From: Parcubacteria group bacterium
GTDB lineage: Bacteria; Patescibacteriota; Minisyncoccia; Phycocordibacterales; Zambryskibacteraceae
Length of the DNA stretch: 43,177 nucleotides
Direction: 5' to 3'
Assembly (NCBI GenBank): GCA_028286565.1
Contig: JAQBRH010000006.1
Coordinates: 1 to 43,177 of the forward strand
Shown here: piece by piece, positions 27,210 through 35,818 of the stretch
Layout of the letters: each line of letters opens with the position of its first letter
Position numbering within the stretch: position 1 is the first letter of the stretch
The notes under the pieces: generated by a model
Databases searched by the model: none
Seen by the model: only the letters and a program-made list of their open reading frames with translations
Told to the model about the DNA's origin: nothing
Made by a program: the position numbers and the translations under genes

Positions 27210-28043
27210 TTATACAATATCGGCGAAATATCTCTCCGTCTTCTTGAAGAAGTAGACTCCGATGGTCATGAGGACGGATACGGCGACGAGCGAAATGCCG
27301 AGGAGAAGCCAGTTGATCGGCTCTGTCCCGAGGATGGCCCCGCGGGCGGCTTTGATCACGCCGGTCATCGGATTGATCGCGAGTATCCACGAATATTTGC
27401 CGGCGATAGAAGCGGGATAGATGACCGGCGTGATGTAGAGGAGGAGCTGGATAAAATAAGGAAGGATGTAGCGGACATCCCTGTATTTCACATTGATCGA
27501 GGCCAAGAAGAGACCTCCGCCGACGGATGCGAGGAACGTGATCAGGAGAAGGAGAGGAAGGATGAAGAGTCCGGCGAGATGGGGAGTGTAATGATAATAG
27601 AACATGAGGGCGATGAGCATGGCCGTCGCCACCAAGAAGTCGACGAGCTGAGTGATGACCGCCGAGAGCGGAAGGATGAGGCGGGGGAAATATACTTTAG
27701 TGATGATCGATTGGTTGCCCAAGAGCACGTTCGAAGTTTCAGAAAGTGCGCCGGAGAAAAATTGCCAGAAGAGGAGCCCGGTGTAGACAAAGATCGGATA
27801 CGGAACGCCGTCGGACGGAACCTTGAGGAGCCTGCCGAAAAAGACCGAGAAAACAATCATGGTCATGAACGGCTGGAAGATCGCCCAGGCGACGCCGATG
27901 GCTGTCTGTTTATAGCGGACCTTGAGGTCTCTCCATGTGAAAAAGTACAAGAGTTCCTTGTACTGCCAGATCTCTCGAAGGTCCCCTAAGCTAAAGGTCT
28001 TTTTGGGCCGGATGACCGTTATTTCCGCCTTTTGTGTGGCCAT
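27210..28043 (-). CDS. wzm: Polysaccharide ABC exporter permease
   Basis: RDLKVRYKQT..G..W, KVYFPR, YRDV, TPVIYP, NPMT, FADIV. Confidence 0.95.
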   Translation of the reverse strand: MATQKAEITVIRPKKTFSLGDLREIWQYKELLYFFTWRDLKVRYKQTAIGVAWAIFQPFMTMIVFSVFFGRLLKVPSDGVPYPIFVYTGLLFWQFFSGALSETSNVLLGNQSIITKVYFPRLILPLSAVITQLVDFLVATAMLIALMFYYHYTPHLAGLFILPLLLLITFLASVGGGLFLASINVKYRDVRYILPYFIQLLLYITPVIYPASIAGKYSWILAINPMTGVIKAARGAILGTEPINWLLLGISLVAVSVLMTIGVYFFKKTERYFADIV

Positions 28044-28054
28044 ATTGCCCGGTT

Positions 28055-28083
28055 ATTGTAGCAGAAATAAGCATATTTTCCAA
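28055..28083 (-). promoter_or_regulatory. Sigma70 promoter of the wzm operon
   Basis: TTGGAA, 17-nt spacer, TG-C-TACAAT, 11 nt before ATG. Confidence 0.65.
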
Positions 28084-28084
28084 T

Positions 28085-28107
28085 AAAAAAACCCGACCGA
28101 AGTCGGG
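28085..28107 (-). terminator. Intrinsic terminator of the epimerase gene
   Basis: On the minus strand CCCGAC-TTCG-GTCGGG followed by T7. Confidence 0.85.
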
Positions 28108-28110
28108 GTG

Positions 28111-29079
28111 CTACACCAGAGATCCCTGCTTGATCCTCGACTCGACCCAGTGATAGGTCGCGGCGAGGGATTTGCGAAGGTCGCGCCTCGGCTTCCATCC
28201 GAGCTTATCCTGCGCCAGATCGTTCGACGCGTGCCTGATCTGGCCGCCGGTCGGACCCTGAATGTACTTCTTGACCAGGGTCTTGCCGGCCGCTTCGGAG
28301 ATGATGTCCACCAAGCCGTTGATGGTGATCGACTGCGAATCGTCCGGCCCGAGATTCACGGGGCCTTCGAAGTTTGACGTCATCAGAGCTTCGATGCCGT
28401 CGAGGAGATCGTCGATGTAGATGAACGGACGAAGCTGTTCGCCGTTGCCCCAGATCTCGATCTCCCCGCCGTCTTCGGCCATAGCCACCTTGCGGGAAAT
28501 GGCGGCGGGGGATTTCTCCCGGCCTCCATCGAATACTCCGCCCGGTCCGAAACAGTTGTGGAAACGGGCCACGCGGATCTTCAGACCGTGATTGTCCGCG
28601 AACGCCTTGTACATGCGCTCGCTGTACATCTTCTCGTAGCCGTAGTTCGAAGGGGGATGAACCGGGTAGGCGTCCTCCTCGTGTCCTTCGACGTCATCTG
28701 GGTAGATGCACACCGAGGAAGAGTAGAAGACGAGGCCGTCGAACTTGGCCTCCATGAGGCGACGGAGGACATGCATGTTGATGAGTGCGGAGTTCACGAG
28801 GATCTCCGCGTCATTGTCTCCCGTGAACACGTGTCCGGCTCCGCCCATGTCGGCGGCGAACTGGTACACGCGGTCGAACGAGTGTCCGCGATCGATGAGG
28901 GCGCCGACGTATCGGGGGTCCCTCAGGTCGACGAGATGAAAATCATCGGCCGGCGTGTCTTCGAAGGACGGTTCCTCCAGATCCGCTCCCACAACCTGCC
29001 ATCCTTCTGTCTTCAGGAACTTGACCATGTTGTGGCCAATGAATCCTCCGGCTCCGCAAACCAAGGCTCTTTTCTGCAC
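28111..29079 (-). CDS. GDP-mannose 3,5-epimerase-like extended SDR (GTG start)
   Basis: GAGGFIG, AADMGG, SSSVCIYP (Cys retained), YGYEK, RFHNCFGP, GGREKSPAA (Lys retained). Confidence 0.85.
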   Translation of the reverse strand: MQKRALVCGAGGFIGHNMVKFLKTEGWQVVGADLEEPSFEDTPADDFHLVDLRDPRYVGALIDRGHSFDRVYQFAADMGGAGHVFTGDNDAEILVNSALINMHVLRRLMEAKFDGLVFYSSSVCIYPDDVEGHEEDAYPVHPPSNYGYEKMYSERMYKAFADNHGLKIRVARFHNCFGPGGVFDGGREKSPAAISRKVAMAEDGGEIEIWGNGEQLRPFIYIDDLLDGIEALMTSNFEGPVNLGPDDSQSITINGLVDIISEAAGKTLVKKYIQGPTGGQIRHASNDLAQDKLGWKPRRDLRKSLAATYHWVESRIKQGSLV

Positions 29080-29124
29080 GATATTCTCCGTTGAGTGGTG
29101 TAGTTGGTACGTAGGTCCGGCAAA

Positions 29125-29152
29125 ACTATAGCACTTTAATCTTTAATTTCAA
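29125..29152 (-). promoter_or_regulatory. Sigma70 promoter with extended -10 for the epimerase gene
   Basis: TTGAAA, 16-nt spacer, TG-C-TATAGT. Confidence 0.65.
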
Positions 29153-29203
29153 GCCCACGGCATGCAAAGAAAATTACCCATTGATTTGGGGTATAATGGC
29201 CAA

Positions 29204-31369
29204 ATGCAAAAATATCTGAAAAACATCATCTATATAGGGCTTTTCCTTGTGCCGTTCGTCCCATTCCTCGTGTCCGGCAACTTTTTCTTCCCCTTTATTA
29301 CCACCAAGGCTTTCGCTTGGAGGATCATCGTCGAGGTCGTGTTCGCCGCCTGGGTGCTCCTTGCCCTCGTCGCTCCGGAATATAGGCCTAAAAGATCGCT
29401 CATCCTCTACGCCCTCCTCGCTTTCATCGCCATCATCGGGGTAGCCGATCTCTTCGGCGTGGCGCCTCTGAAGAGCTTCTGGTCGAACTACGAACGCATG
29501 GAAGGATTCATCACTCTTCTCCACCTCGGAGCGTTCTTCCTCATCATAGGATCGTTCTTCAAGGAGAAAGAATGGAATTGGTGGTGGAATGCGAACCTCA
29601 TCGCTTCGTTCATCATGGTGCTCTACTGCTTCTCTCAGCTCCTCGGAATTACCGCTATCCATCAAGGAGGCGTGCGCGTGGATGGGACGCTAGGGAACGC
29701 AGCCTACCTTGCGGTCTACCTTCTCTTCAATATTTTCATCGCCTTCATATATGCGGTCCGCGCCAAGGGGAACACCGCGCTTCGCTATATATATAGTATC
29801 CTCGTCTTTCTCGAGCTCGTGGTGCTCTACTATACGGCGACCCGCGGGGCCATCCTCGGGGTCATCGGCGGCTTCCTGCTCATCGCTCTCCTTAATATAC
29901 GAAACAAAGAGTCAGCCACTATCCGTAAGTGGAGCATAGGGACGATCGTCGGCATTGTCGTACTGCTCGGAGGATTCTACCTCGTTCGCACCGCGTCGTT
30001 TGTGACGAATAGCCCTGTGCTCTCGCGCTTCTCGTCGATCAACGCCGCTGAGATAAAGACCGAAGGGCGCTCATTCGTCTGGCCGATGGCGCTTCAAGGG
30101 ATACAAGAGAAGCCTCTCCTCGGATGGGGACAGGACAATTTCAACTATATCTTTAACGAGCATTACGACCCAAAGATGTATAGGCTCGAGCCCTGGTTCG
30201 ACCGCGCCCACAACATTTTCCTCGATTGGGGAGTGGCGGGAGGCCTTTTGGGGCTCCTGGCCTATCTCTCGCTCTACGCCGTCTTCTTATACGGTGTCTG
30301 GAAAAAGGCCCGCGATCTCTCCTATATAGACAAGTCCATCTTAACGGGACTCTTGGCGGCATATTTCTTCCACAACCTCTTCGTCTTCGATCATCTGGTG
30401 AGCTATATCATGTTCATCTCGATCCTGGCGTTCGCGCATACTCACACCGCGCGCGGTGTCCGCCCGGAACAGAAAGGGGTAAGCGAAGAGAGCGCCATGA
30501 CCTTCGCCCTGCCGCTCGTTATCATCGCGGCCGGATGCATCCTCTATGTATGGAACATTCGCCCGATGATGGCGAACGCCACGCTCATTCAAGCGCTCCA
30601 GGATTCGCAGGGCGATAATGGAGCAATAGCGAACTCTCTCGCCGATTTTAAAAGCGCCTATAGCACTCGGCTTGGCCGGCCCGAGACGGTCGAATGGATC
30701 ACTTCCTCCGCCGAAAGCGTGCTCCAAAGCGGTTTGTCCACGGAAGAAAAGAACGCATACTTCACCTTCGCCAAGCAGGCTGTTGAAGATCAGGCTGCGG
30801 AGTTTAGCGGCGATGCCCGATATCAGATCATTGCCGGGATCTTCTTCCTAAAGACCGGATTCTCAGACGAGGCGTTGAAATATCTTACCCGGGCAAAGCA
30901 ACTTATTCCGGGCAAGCAGGTTGTCTACTTTGAGATAGGGGAAGTGCTCTTAGGCAAGAAAGATTATGCGGGCGCTCTTGGGGCCTTCAAGCAGGCGTAT
31001 GAGATGGCGCCCGAATACGGCGAAGCCAAGCGCCTGTATCTCATCGGAGCGATCTACGCCGGCGACAACAAGCTTGCGAACGAGCTGTCTGGGGGCATTC
31101 CGGAAAAGGATCTTACGAGCGATGACCGCATTGCCGGGGCGCTTCTCAACACCAATCGCCTCGCCGAGCTCGTCGCCTTCCTTCGGAAAAAAGTAGAGTA
31201 TTATCCGAATGATCCGCAGGCCTATACCTCTCTGGCCGCCGCATATTTGAAGATGGGCAACAAAACCATGGCTCTACAGACGCTCAAAGAAATGGGGGAT
31301 AAGATCCCGGGAGCCAAATCCCAAGCCGACCAATACATCAAAGGCATTCAAGACGGAACGATAAAATAA
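29204..31369 (+). CDS. O-antigen ligase family (Wzy_C) membrane protein with C-terminal TPR-like repeats
   Basis: Many TM helices, GTLGNAAYLA, TATRGA, PLLGWG, FDRAHNIFLD, helical-repeat C-terminus; start 6 nt after TATAAT. Confidence 0.9.
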   Translation: MQKYLKNIIYIGLFLVPFVPFLVSGNFFFPFITTKAFAWRIIVEVVFAAWVLLALVAPEYRPKRSLILYALLAFIAIIGVADLFGVAPLKSFWSNYERMEGFITLLHLGAFFLIIGSFFKEKEWNWWWNANLIASFIMVLYCFSQLLGITAIHQGGVRVDGTLGNAAYLAVYLLFNIFIAFIYAVRAKGNTALRYIYSILVFLELVVLYYTATRGAILGVIGGFLLIALLNIRNKESATIRKWSIGTIVGIVVLLGGFYLVRTASFVTNSPVLSRFSSINAAEIKTEGRSFVWPMALQGIQEKPLLGWGQDNFNYIFNEHYDPKMYRLEPWFDRAHNIFLDWGVAGGLLGLLAYLSLYAVFLYGVWKKARDLSYIDKSILTGLLAAYFFHNLFVFDHLVSYIMFISILAFAHTHTARGVRPEQKGVSEESAMTFALPLVIIAAGCILYVWNIRPMMANATLIQALQDSQGDNGAIANSLADFKSAYSTRLGRPETVEWITSSAESVLQSGLSTEEKNAYFTFAKQAVEDQAAEFSGDARYQIIAGIFFLKTGFSDEALKYLTRAKQLIPGKQVVYFEIGEVLLGKKDYAGALGAFKQAYEMAPEYGEAKRLYLIGAIYAGDNKLANELSGGIPEKDLTSDDRIAGALLNTNRLAELVAFLRKKVEYYPNDPQAYTSLAAAYLKMGNKTMALQTLKEMGDKIPGAKSQADQYIKGIQDGTIK

Positions 31370-31375
31370 ACAACC

Positions 31376-31397
31376 AACCCGCTTCGGCGGGTTTTTT
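31376..31397 (+). terminator. Intrinsic terminator
   Basis: AACCCGC-TTCG-GCGGGTT followed by a T-tract. Confidence 0.85.
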
Positions 31398-31501
31398 GTT
31401 CCGGACATTTCCGCAGCGAAAGACGCGCGGCGGGCGCTTAAAACTTTTTAGAAAATATTTTTGAAAAATAAATTCAAAAAATATTTTTGAAAATAAAAAA
31501 G

Positions 31502-31510
31502 TTATCCACA
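31502..31510 (+). promoter_or_regulatory. Perfect DnaA box
   Basis: TTATCCACA in an intergenic AT-rich region. Confidence 0.6.
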
Positions 31511-31528
31511 CATTTTTTAAAAGTTCTC

Positions 31529-31557
31529 TTGTATGCATGTGTGCGACGTACGATAAT
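31529..31557 (+). promoter_or_regulatory. Sigma70-type promoter for the micropeptide
   Basis: TTGTAT, 17-nt spacer, GATAAT. Confidence 0.55.
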
Positions 31558-31662
31558 TATTAACGAGTCGCACGTAGAAAAATATTTTTGTTTCGAAAGT
31601 TGCAAAAAATATTTCTCTGCGACCTTACCAGTAATTTGTGTCCGTACGGACCAAACAACATC

Positions 31663-31740
31663 ATGGCAGCAAAAAAGAAAGCTAAGAAAAAGGCAGCTCC
31701 TAAGAAGAAGGCAAAGAAGTCTTCAAAGAAGCGAGCATAG
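31663..31740 (+). CDS. 25-aa Lys/Ala-rich histone H1-like micropeptide MAAKKKAKKKAAPKKKAKKSSKKRA (absent from the ORF track)
   Basis: Read directly from ATG 31663 to TAG 31740; 13 Lys + 1 Arg; flanked by a promoter and a terminator. Confidence 0.8.
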   Translation: MAAKKKAKKKAAPKKKAKKSSKKRA

Positions 31741-31754
31741 TCTTCAAGGCTAAC

Positions 31755-31786
31755 GAAAACCACCTCCCCGCAAGGAGGTGTTTTTC
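31755..31786 (+). terminator. Intrinsic terminator of the micropeptide gene
   Basis: GAAAAC-CACCTCC-CCGCAA-GGAGGTG-TTTTTC. Confidence 0.8.
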
Positions 31787-31825
31787 TATGTAAAAAGGCT
31801 TCACATATGCTAAAATAGCGTTCTT

Positions 31826-34336
31826 ATGGGACTTTTTGGCTCACTATTCACAGGACCAGAAGAAAAAAAGCTCCGCTCGTGGGGGCCTCTTGTGGCACAG
31901 ATCAATTCATTCGAAGAACCGTATTCGAAACTCTCCTCAGCGGAGATGAAAGGGAAGACCGCGGAGTTCAAGGAGCGTTTGGCAAAAGGCGCGAGTCTCG
32001 ACGATCTTTTGGCCGAAGCCTTTGCGGCCGTCCGCGAGGCATCAAAGCGAACACTCGGCCAGCGGCATTTTGATGTTCAATTATTGGGAGGCATCGCCAT
32101 GCACAAGGGCGGCATCGCCGAAATGCGCACCGGAGAAGGCAAGACCTTAGTGGCTACGCTTCCCGCCTACCTGAACGCCCTCACGGGCTCGGGCGTCCAT
32201 GTGGTGACGGTGAACGACTACCTGTCCAGGCGCGATGCCGTGTGGATGGGCCAGATCTATTCATACCTCGGACTCTCCGTCGGCGTATTGAACCACGCGG
32301 CCTCATTTTTGTATGACCCGGCTCACATCAGCCAGGGGGAAAGCGCCGATGAAGAGCGCGATGAGACGGGATCGTTCCATGTAGTGCACGAATTTTTGAG
32401 GCCGGCCACCAAGCAGGAGGCCTATAGGGCGGACATCACGTACGGGACGAACAACGAGTTCGGCTTCGATTACCTCCGCGATAACCTTATATATAGAAGG
32501 CAGGACCTGTCCCAAAGAGAGTTCGCTTTTGCCATCGTCGACGAGATCGACTCCATCCTTATCGACGAGGCCCGCACTCCTCTTATCATCTCTTCGAACA
32601 CCGGAGCGGCGGGGGACCTCTACGGCAAGTTTGCAGCCGTAGCCGAGAAGATGATCCCGGAGGAGGACTTTGTCGTAGATGAAAAGTTGAAATCGATCAG
32701 TTTGACGGATGCGGGCATCACCAAGGCCGAATCCATCCTCGGTCTTGAAAATATCTATACCGAAGGAGGAGTGAAGTACGTCCACCACCTCGAGACCGCA
32801 GTTCGAGCCAAGGCGCTGTTCCATAAAGACGATGAATACGTGGTGAAAGATGGTGAAGTGCTGATCGTCGACGAATTCACCGGACGCATCCAGCCCGGCC
32901 GCCGATGGTCCGAAGGCCTTCATCAGGCTATCGAAGCCAAAGAAGGGGTGAATATAAAGGAGGAGTCACGCACGTTCGCCTCGATCACCTTCCAGAACTA
33001 TTTCAGGATGTACAAGAAGCTCGCCGGCATGACCGGCACCGCCATGACCTCCAAAGAAGAGTTTTATAAGGTCTACGGGCTCGAAGTGTATGTCATCCCG
33101 ACCAACAAATCTGTGGCCCGCATCGACCACAACGATCTTATTTTCCAAACTCAAGCGGGCAAGATGAAAGCCGTGGCCAAAAAAGTGAAGGAAGTGAACG
33201 AAGGAGGCCAGCCCGTCCTTATCGGCACTGTGTCGATCGAGAACAACGAGCTCCTTTCCCAATACCTCACGGGCGAAGGCATCAAGCATGAGATCCTGAA
33301 CGCCAAGAATGCGAGCGTCTATGAGCGCGAAGGAGAGATCATCGCTCAGGCCGGCAAGCGCGGAGCCGTCACCATCGCCACCAACATGGCGGGCCGCGGA
33401 GTGGATATCAAGCTCGGAGGCAACCCGGGTACGCCCGAATCCCAAGAGGAGATCCGATCCCTCGGCGGGCTCTTTGTCTTGGGCACCGAGAGGCACGACG
33501 CGCGCAGGATCGACAACCAGCTGCGAGGGCGATCCGGCAGGCAAGGGGATCCCGGAGAAACGCAATTCTTCGTTTCTCTGGAGGACTCGCTCATGAGGAT
33601 ATTTGCGACCGATGCCATCAAGACGATGATGGGCAGGTTCAACATCCCCGAAGACGAGGCCATCGAGAATAAGCTCATCACGAATTCTTTGGAGAAGGCT
33701 CAGGAAAAGATCGAAGGATTCAACTTCGACGCCCGCAAGCACGTCTTGGAGTTCGACGATGTCTTGAACTACCAGCGAAGCATTATTTACAACAGGCGCC
33801 GAGGCATCTTGACCGGAGGAAAGGCCGAGATCGACGCATACCTCGACGAGGTGATCTCGCTCGTAGACGAGGGTACGGCCGGAAAGATCGAAGCCAAGCG
33901 CGAAGCCCTGGAGAAGCCGGAGATCGCCGAAGCGCTCCAGAGGGTGATCCTCCAAACTATCGACATGTTCTGGGTCGATCATTTGGAAATGATGGATTAT
34001 CTCAGAAACTCGGTGAATCTCCGCGCCTATGGCCAGCGCGATCCGCTTGTTGAGTACAAAAGAGAGGGGCTGCAATACTTCAAAAACATGGAATCTTCGA
34101 TCGCGCGGCAAGTCGGAGAATTCTTGGCCGTGCTCGAGCCCGAAGCCTTCAGCGGCGTACGGGCCACAACGATCGAGCTCGATGCCGCCGCAGTGGCGGA
34201 TACTCTCCGTTCCATGCCGGGCGAGATGATAGGCAGGAATGATCCGTGCCCGTGCGGAGCCGTCAATCCGGAGACGGGCAAGTCCTACAAATACAAGCAA
34301 TGTGGGCTGATTAATGCTCCTCATCATAAAGGCTAA
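31826..34336 (+). CDS. secA: Preprotein translocase ATPase SecA
   Basis: MRTGEGKT, VVTVNDYL, IVDEIDSILIDEARTPLIIS, ATNMAGRG, QLRGRSGRQGDPG, C-terminal GRNDPCPCG. Confidence 0.99.
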   Translation: MGLFGSLFTGPEEKKLRSWGPLVAQINSFEEPYSKLSSAEMKGKTAEFKERLAKGASLDDLLAEAFAAVREASKRTLGQRHFDVQLLGGIAMHKGGIAEMRTGEGKTLVATLPAYLNALTGSGVHVVTVNDYLSRRDAVWMGQIYSYLGLSVGVLNHAASFLYDPAHISQGESADEERDETGSFHVVHEFLRPATKQEAYRADITYGTNNEFGFDYLRDNLIYRRQDLSQREFAFAIVDEIDSILIDEARTPLIISSNTGAAGDLYGKFAAVAEKMIPEEDFVVDEKLKSISLTDAGITKAESILGLENIYTEGGVKYVHHLETAVRAKALFHKDDEYVVKDGEVLIVDEFTGRIQPGRRWSEGLHQAIEAKEGVNIKEESRTFASITFQNYFRMYKKLAGMTGTAMTSKEEFYKVYGLEVYVIPTNKSVARIDHNDLIFQTQAGKMKAVAKKVKEVNEGGQPVLIGTVSIENNELLSQYLTGEGIKHEILNAKNASVYEREGEIIAQAGKRGAVTIATNMAGRGVDIKLGGNPGTPESQEEIRSLGGLFVLGTERHDARRIDNQLRGRSGRQGDPGETQFFVSLEDSLMRIFATDAIKTMMGRFNIPEDEAIENKLITNSLEKAQEKIEGFNFDARKHVLEFDDVLNYQRSIIYNRRRGILTGGKAEIDAYLDEVISLVDEGTAGKIEAKREALEKPEIAEALQRVILQTIDMFWVDHLEMMDYLRNSVNLRAYGQRDPLVEYKREGLQYFKNMESSIARQVGEFLAVLEPEAFSGVRATTIELDAAAVADTLRSMPGEMIGRNDPCPCGAVNPETGKSYKYKQCGLINAPHHKG

Positions 34337-34881
34337 TGACCGAATTCCTCCGTCACTTGGTATTAGAACCAGGGCTTTGGGGAGCGGTCGGACTTTTTTT
34401 GGTCTCGGGCATCGATGAGATCATTGCTCCCATCCCGTCGTCATTGATCCTCGTCGGCGAGCTTTTATTTTTGAAAAACCCGATCACGTGGTCGACGCTC
34501 GCGACCCTCGTCTTCTATGTAGGGCTTCCGATTGCCCTTGGTACGACCGTCGGGTCCTTTGTGATCTATGGGGCGGCATATGCCGGGGGCAGGCCGGCCC
34601 TGGAAGGATTAAAGACCCGGCTACGTCTAAAAGGAGGCCAGTTCGAAAAATTCGAGGACAAGTTCAAGAACAACTGGTACGACGAACTCTTGTTCCTTTT
34701 CTTCAGGGCGACGCCTTTGATGCCCACCATGCCGATAACCCTTGTGGCGGGGATCATCCGAATGAAGCCGTGGAAGTATGCTTTTCTCACATTTTTTGGC
34801 ATCTTCATCCGGGTCATGCTGACGCTTGTGATCTTGCGCATGGGCGGGGAAGCTGTCTTCACTCATTTATTTAATCTATAA
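34336..34881 (+). CDS. DedA/VTT family membrane protein
   Basis: EIIAPIPS, GTTVGS..IY, FFRATP, AGIIRM; TAATG-coupled to secA. Confidence 0.82.
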   Translation: MTEFLRHLVLEPGLWGAVGLFLVSGIDEIIAPIPSSLILVGELLFLKNPITWSTLATLVFYVGLPIALGTTVGSFVIYGAAYAGGRPALEGLKTRLRLKGGQFEKFEDKFKNNWYDELLFLFFRATPLMPTMPITLVAGIIRMKPWKYAFLTFFGIFIRVMLTLVILRMGGEAVFTHLFNL

Positions 34882-34888
34882 TACGAAT

Positions 34889-35272
34889 ATGAAGAAACAA
34901 CATATTATATGGCTCGTCGTTCTCGTCGCTTTTATCGGATTTGTAGTATGGCTCGTTCGTACGCCGGGGAGGCAGGTCGTTTCAAAATATGATTCATTCG
35001 CAACATGCTTGAAAGACAAGGGGGTGACCTTTTACGGCGCGTTCTGGTGTCCTCATTGCCAGGCTCAGAAAGCCCTCTTCGGCAGCGCACAGAAACTTCT
35101 TCCGTATGTTGAGTGTTCGAATCCGGACGGCAATTCTCAGAATGAGACCTGCAATGCGGCAAAGATCGCGAGCTATCCTACATGGGTCTTCCCGAACGGC
35201 GATCGCCTGACCGGAGAACAAACGTTCGAAACCCTCTCCTCTAAGAGTTCCTGCGAACTTCCGGCCGCATAA
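34889..35272 (+). CDS. Membrane-anchored thioredoxin-fold protein (VKOR-associated/DsbA-like, CPHC)
   Basis: N-terminal TM, FYGAFWCPHC, YVEC, SYPTW. Confidence 0.88.
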   Translation: MKKQHIIWLVVLVAFIGFVVWLVRTPGRQVVSKYDSFATCLKDKGVTFYGAFWCPHCQAQKALFGSAQKLLPYVECSNPDGNSQNETCNAAKIASYPTWVFPNGDRLTGEQTFETLSSKSSCELPAA

Positions 35273-35284
35273 TACATATTATTT

Positions 35285-35818
35285 ATGTCTACCCTCATTA
35301 CGCCTCTTTTTTCGTATGCTACCATTGTCGCCCACGCGGTCTTCGTGGTTATCATTCTCGCCGCCGTTTTCTATAGATCATGGGGCAGACCTCTCGTCGA
35401 ATTCATCGGCCGGCACGCGCTCGTGCTCGGATTCCTGGCCGCCCTTAGTGCGGTCGTCGGGAGCCTTCTCTACTCGGGCGTCGTCGGCTATGCGCCGTGC
35501 GAGCTCTGTTGGTGGCAGAGGATATTCTTGTACCCGCAGGTCGTTTTGTTCGGCATCGCTCTCTACAAACGGGATGGAGGAGTGTTTGCCTACAGTGTCG
35601 TTCTTTCAACCCTGGCCGGAGCGGTGGCGCTTTATCATTCGTATATCCAGCTCGGAGGAACTCACTCCGTGCTTCCGTGCACGGCAGAAGGCGCCGCGTG
35701 CGCCAAGGTATTCGTGAATGAGTTCGGCTACATCACTATCCCGACCATGGCCCTCACCGTGGCTGTTGGGCTTCTTCTTATCGCCCTTTGCCGCCGCTTA
35801 TATAAAAGAATGTCATGA
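35285..35818 (+). CDS. dsbB: Disulfide bond formation protein, DsbB/BdbC family
   Basis: PCELCWWQRIFLYP, second Cys pair PC...C, FGYITIPTMA. Confidence 0.9.
   Translation: MSTLITPLFSYATIVAHAVFVVIILAAVFYRSWGRPLVEFIGRHALVLGFLAALSAVVGSLLYSGVVGYAPCELCWWQRIFLYPQVVLFGIALYKRDGGVFAYSVVLSTLAGAVALYHSYIQLGGTHSVLPCTAEGAACAKVFVNEFGYITIPTMALTVAVGLLLIALCRRLYKRMS

Larger units (their letters stand above)
31442..31623. repeat. Two related AT-rich inverted-repeat modules containing four AAATATTT palindromes
   Basis: Palindromes at 31452-31461, 31477-31488, 31578-31589 and 31607-31614; centre spacing within pairs is 26 and 27 nt. Confidence 0.75.

Noticed and set aside
31440-31520. Replication origin (oriC)
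   Set aside because: There is only one perfect DnaA box and no dnaA/dnaN nearby. It cannot be supported without GC-skew data, so it is kept only as a regulatory site.
31487-31763. Track ORFs 31487-31753 (+) and 31560-31763 (-)
   Set aside because: They span the promoter and repeat region. The 25-aa frame at 31663-31740 explains the composition and fits between promoter and terminator.
31761-31780. CACCTCC/GGAGGTG as a trans-acting anti-SD or as an SD for secA
   Set aside because: It forms the stem of an ordinary terminator, lies 45 nt from the secA start and upstream of the secA -10 box, and is most likely coincidence
32966-34327. Long antisense ORFs (453 aa opposite secA; also 16210-17094, 19840-20721, 24294-25073, 27150-27989)
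   Set aside because: These are shadow frames of well-supported genes on the other strand, with no recognisable motifs
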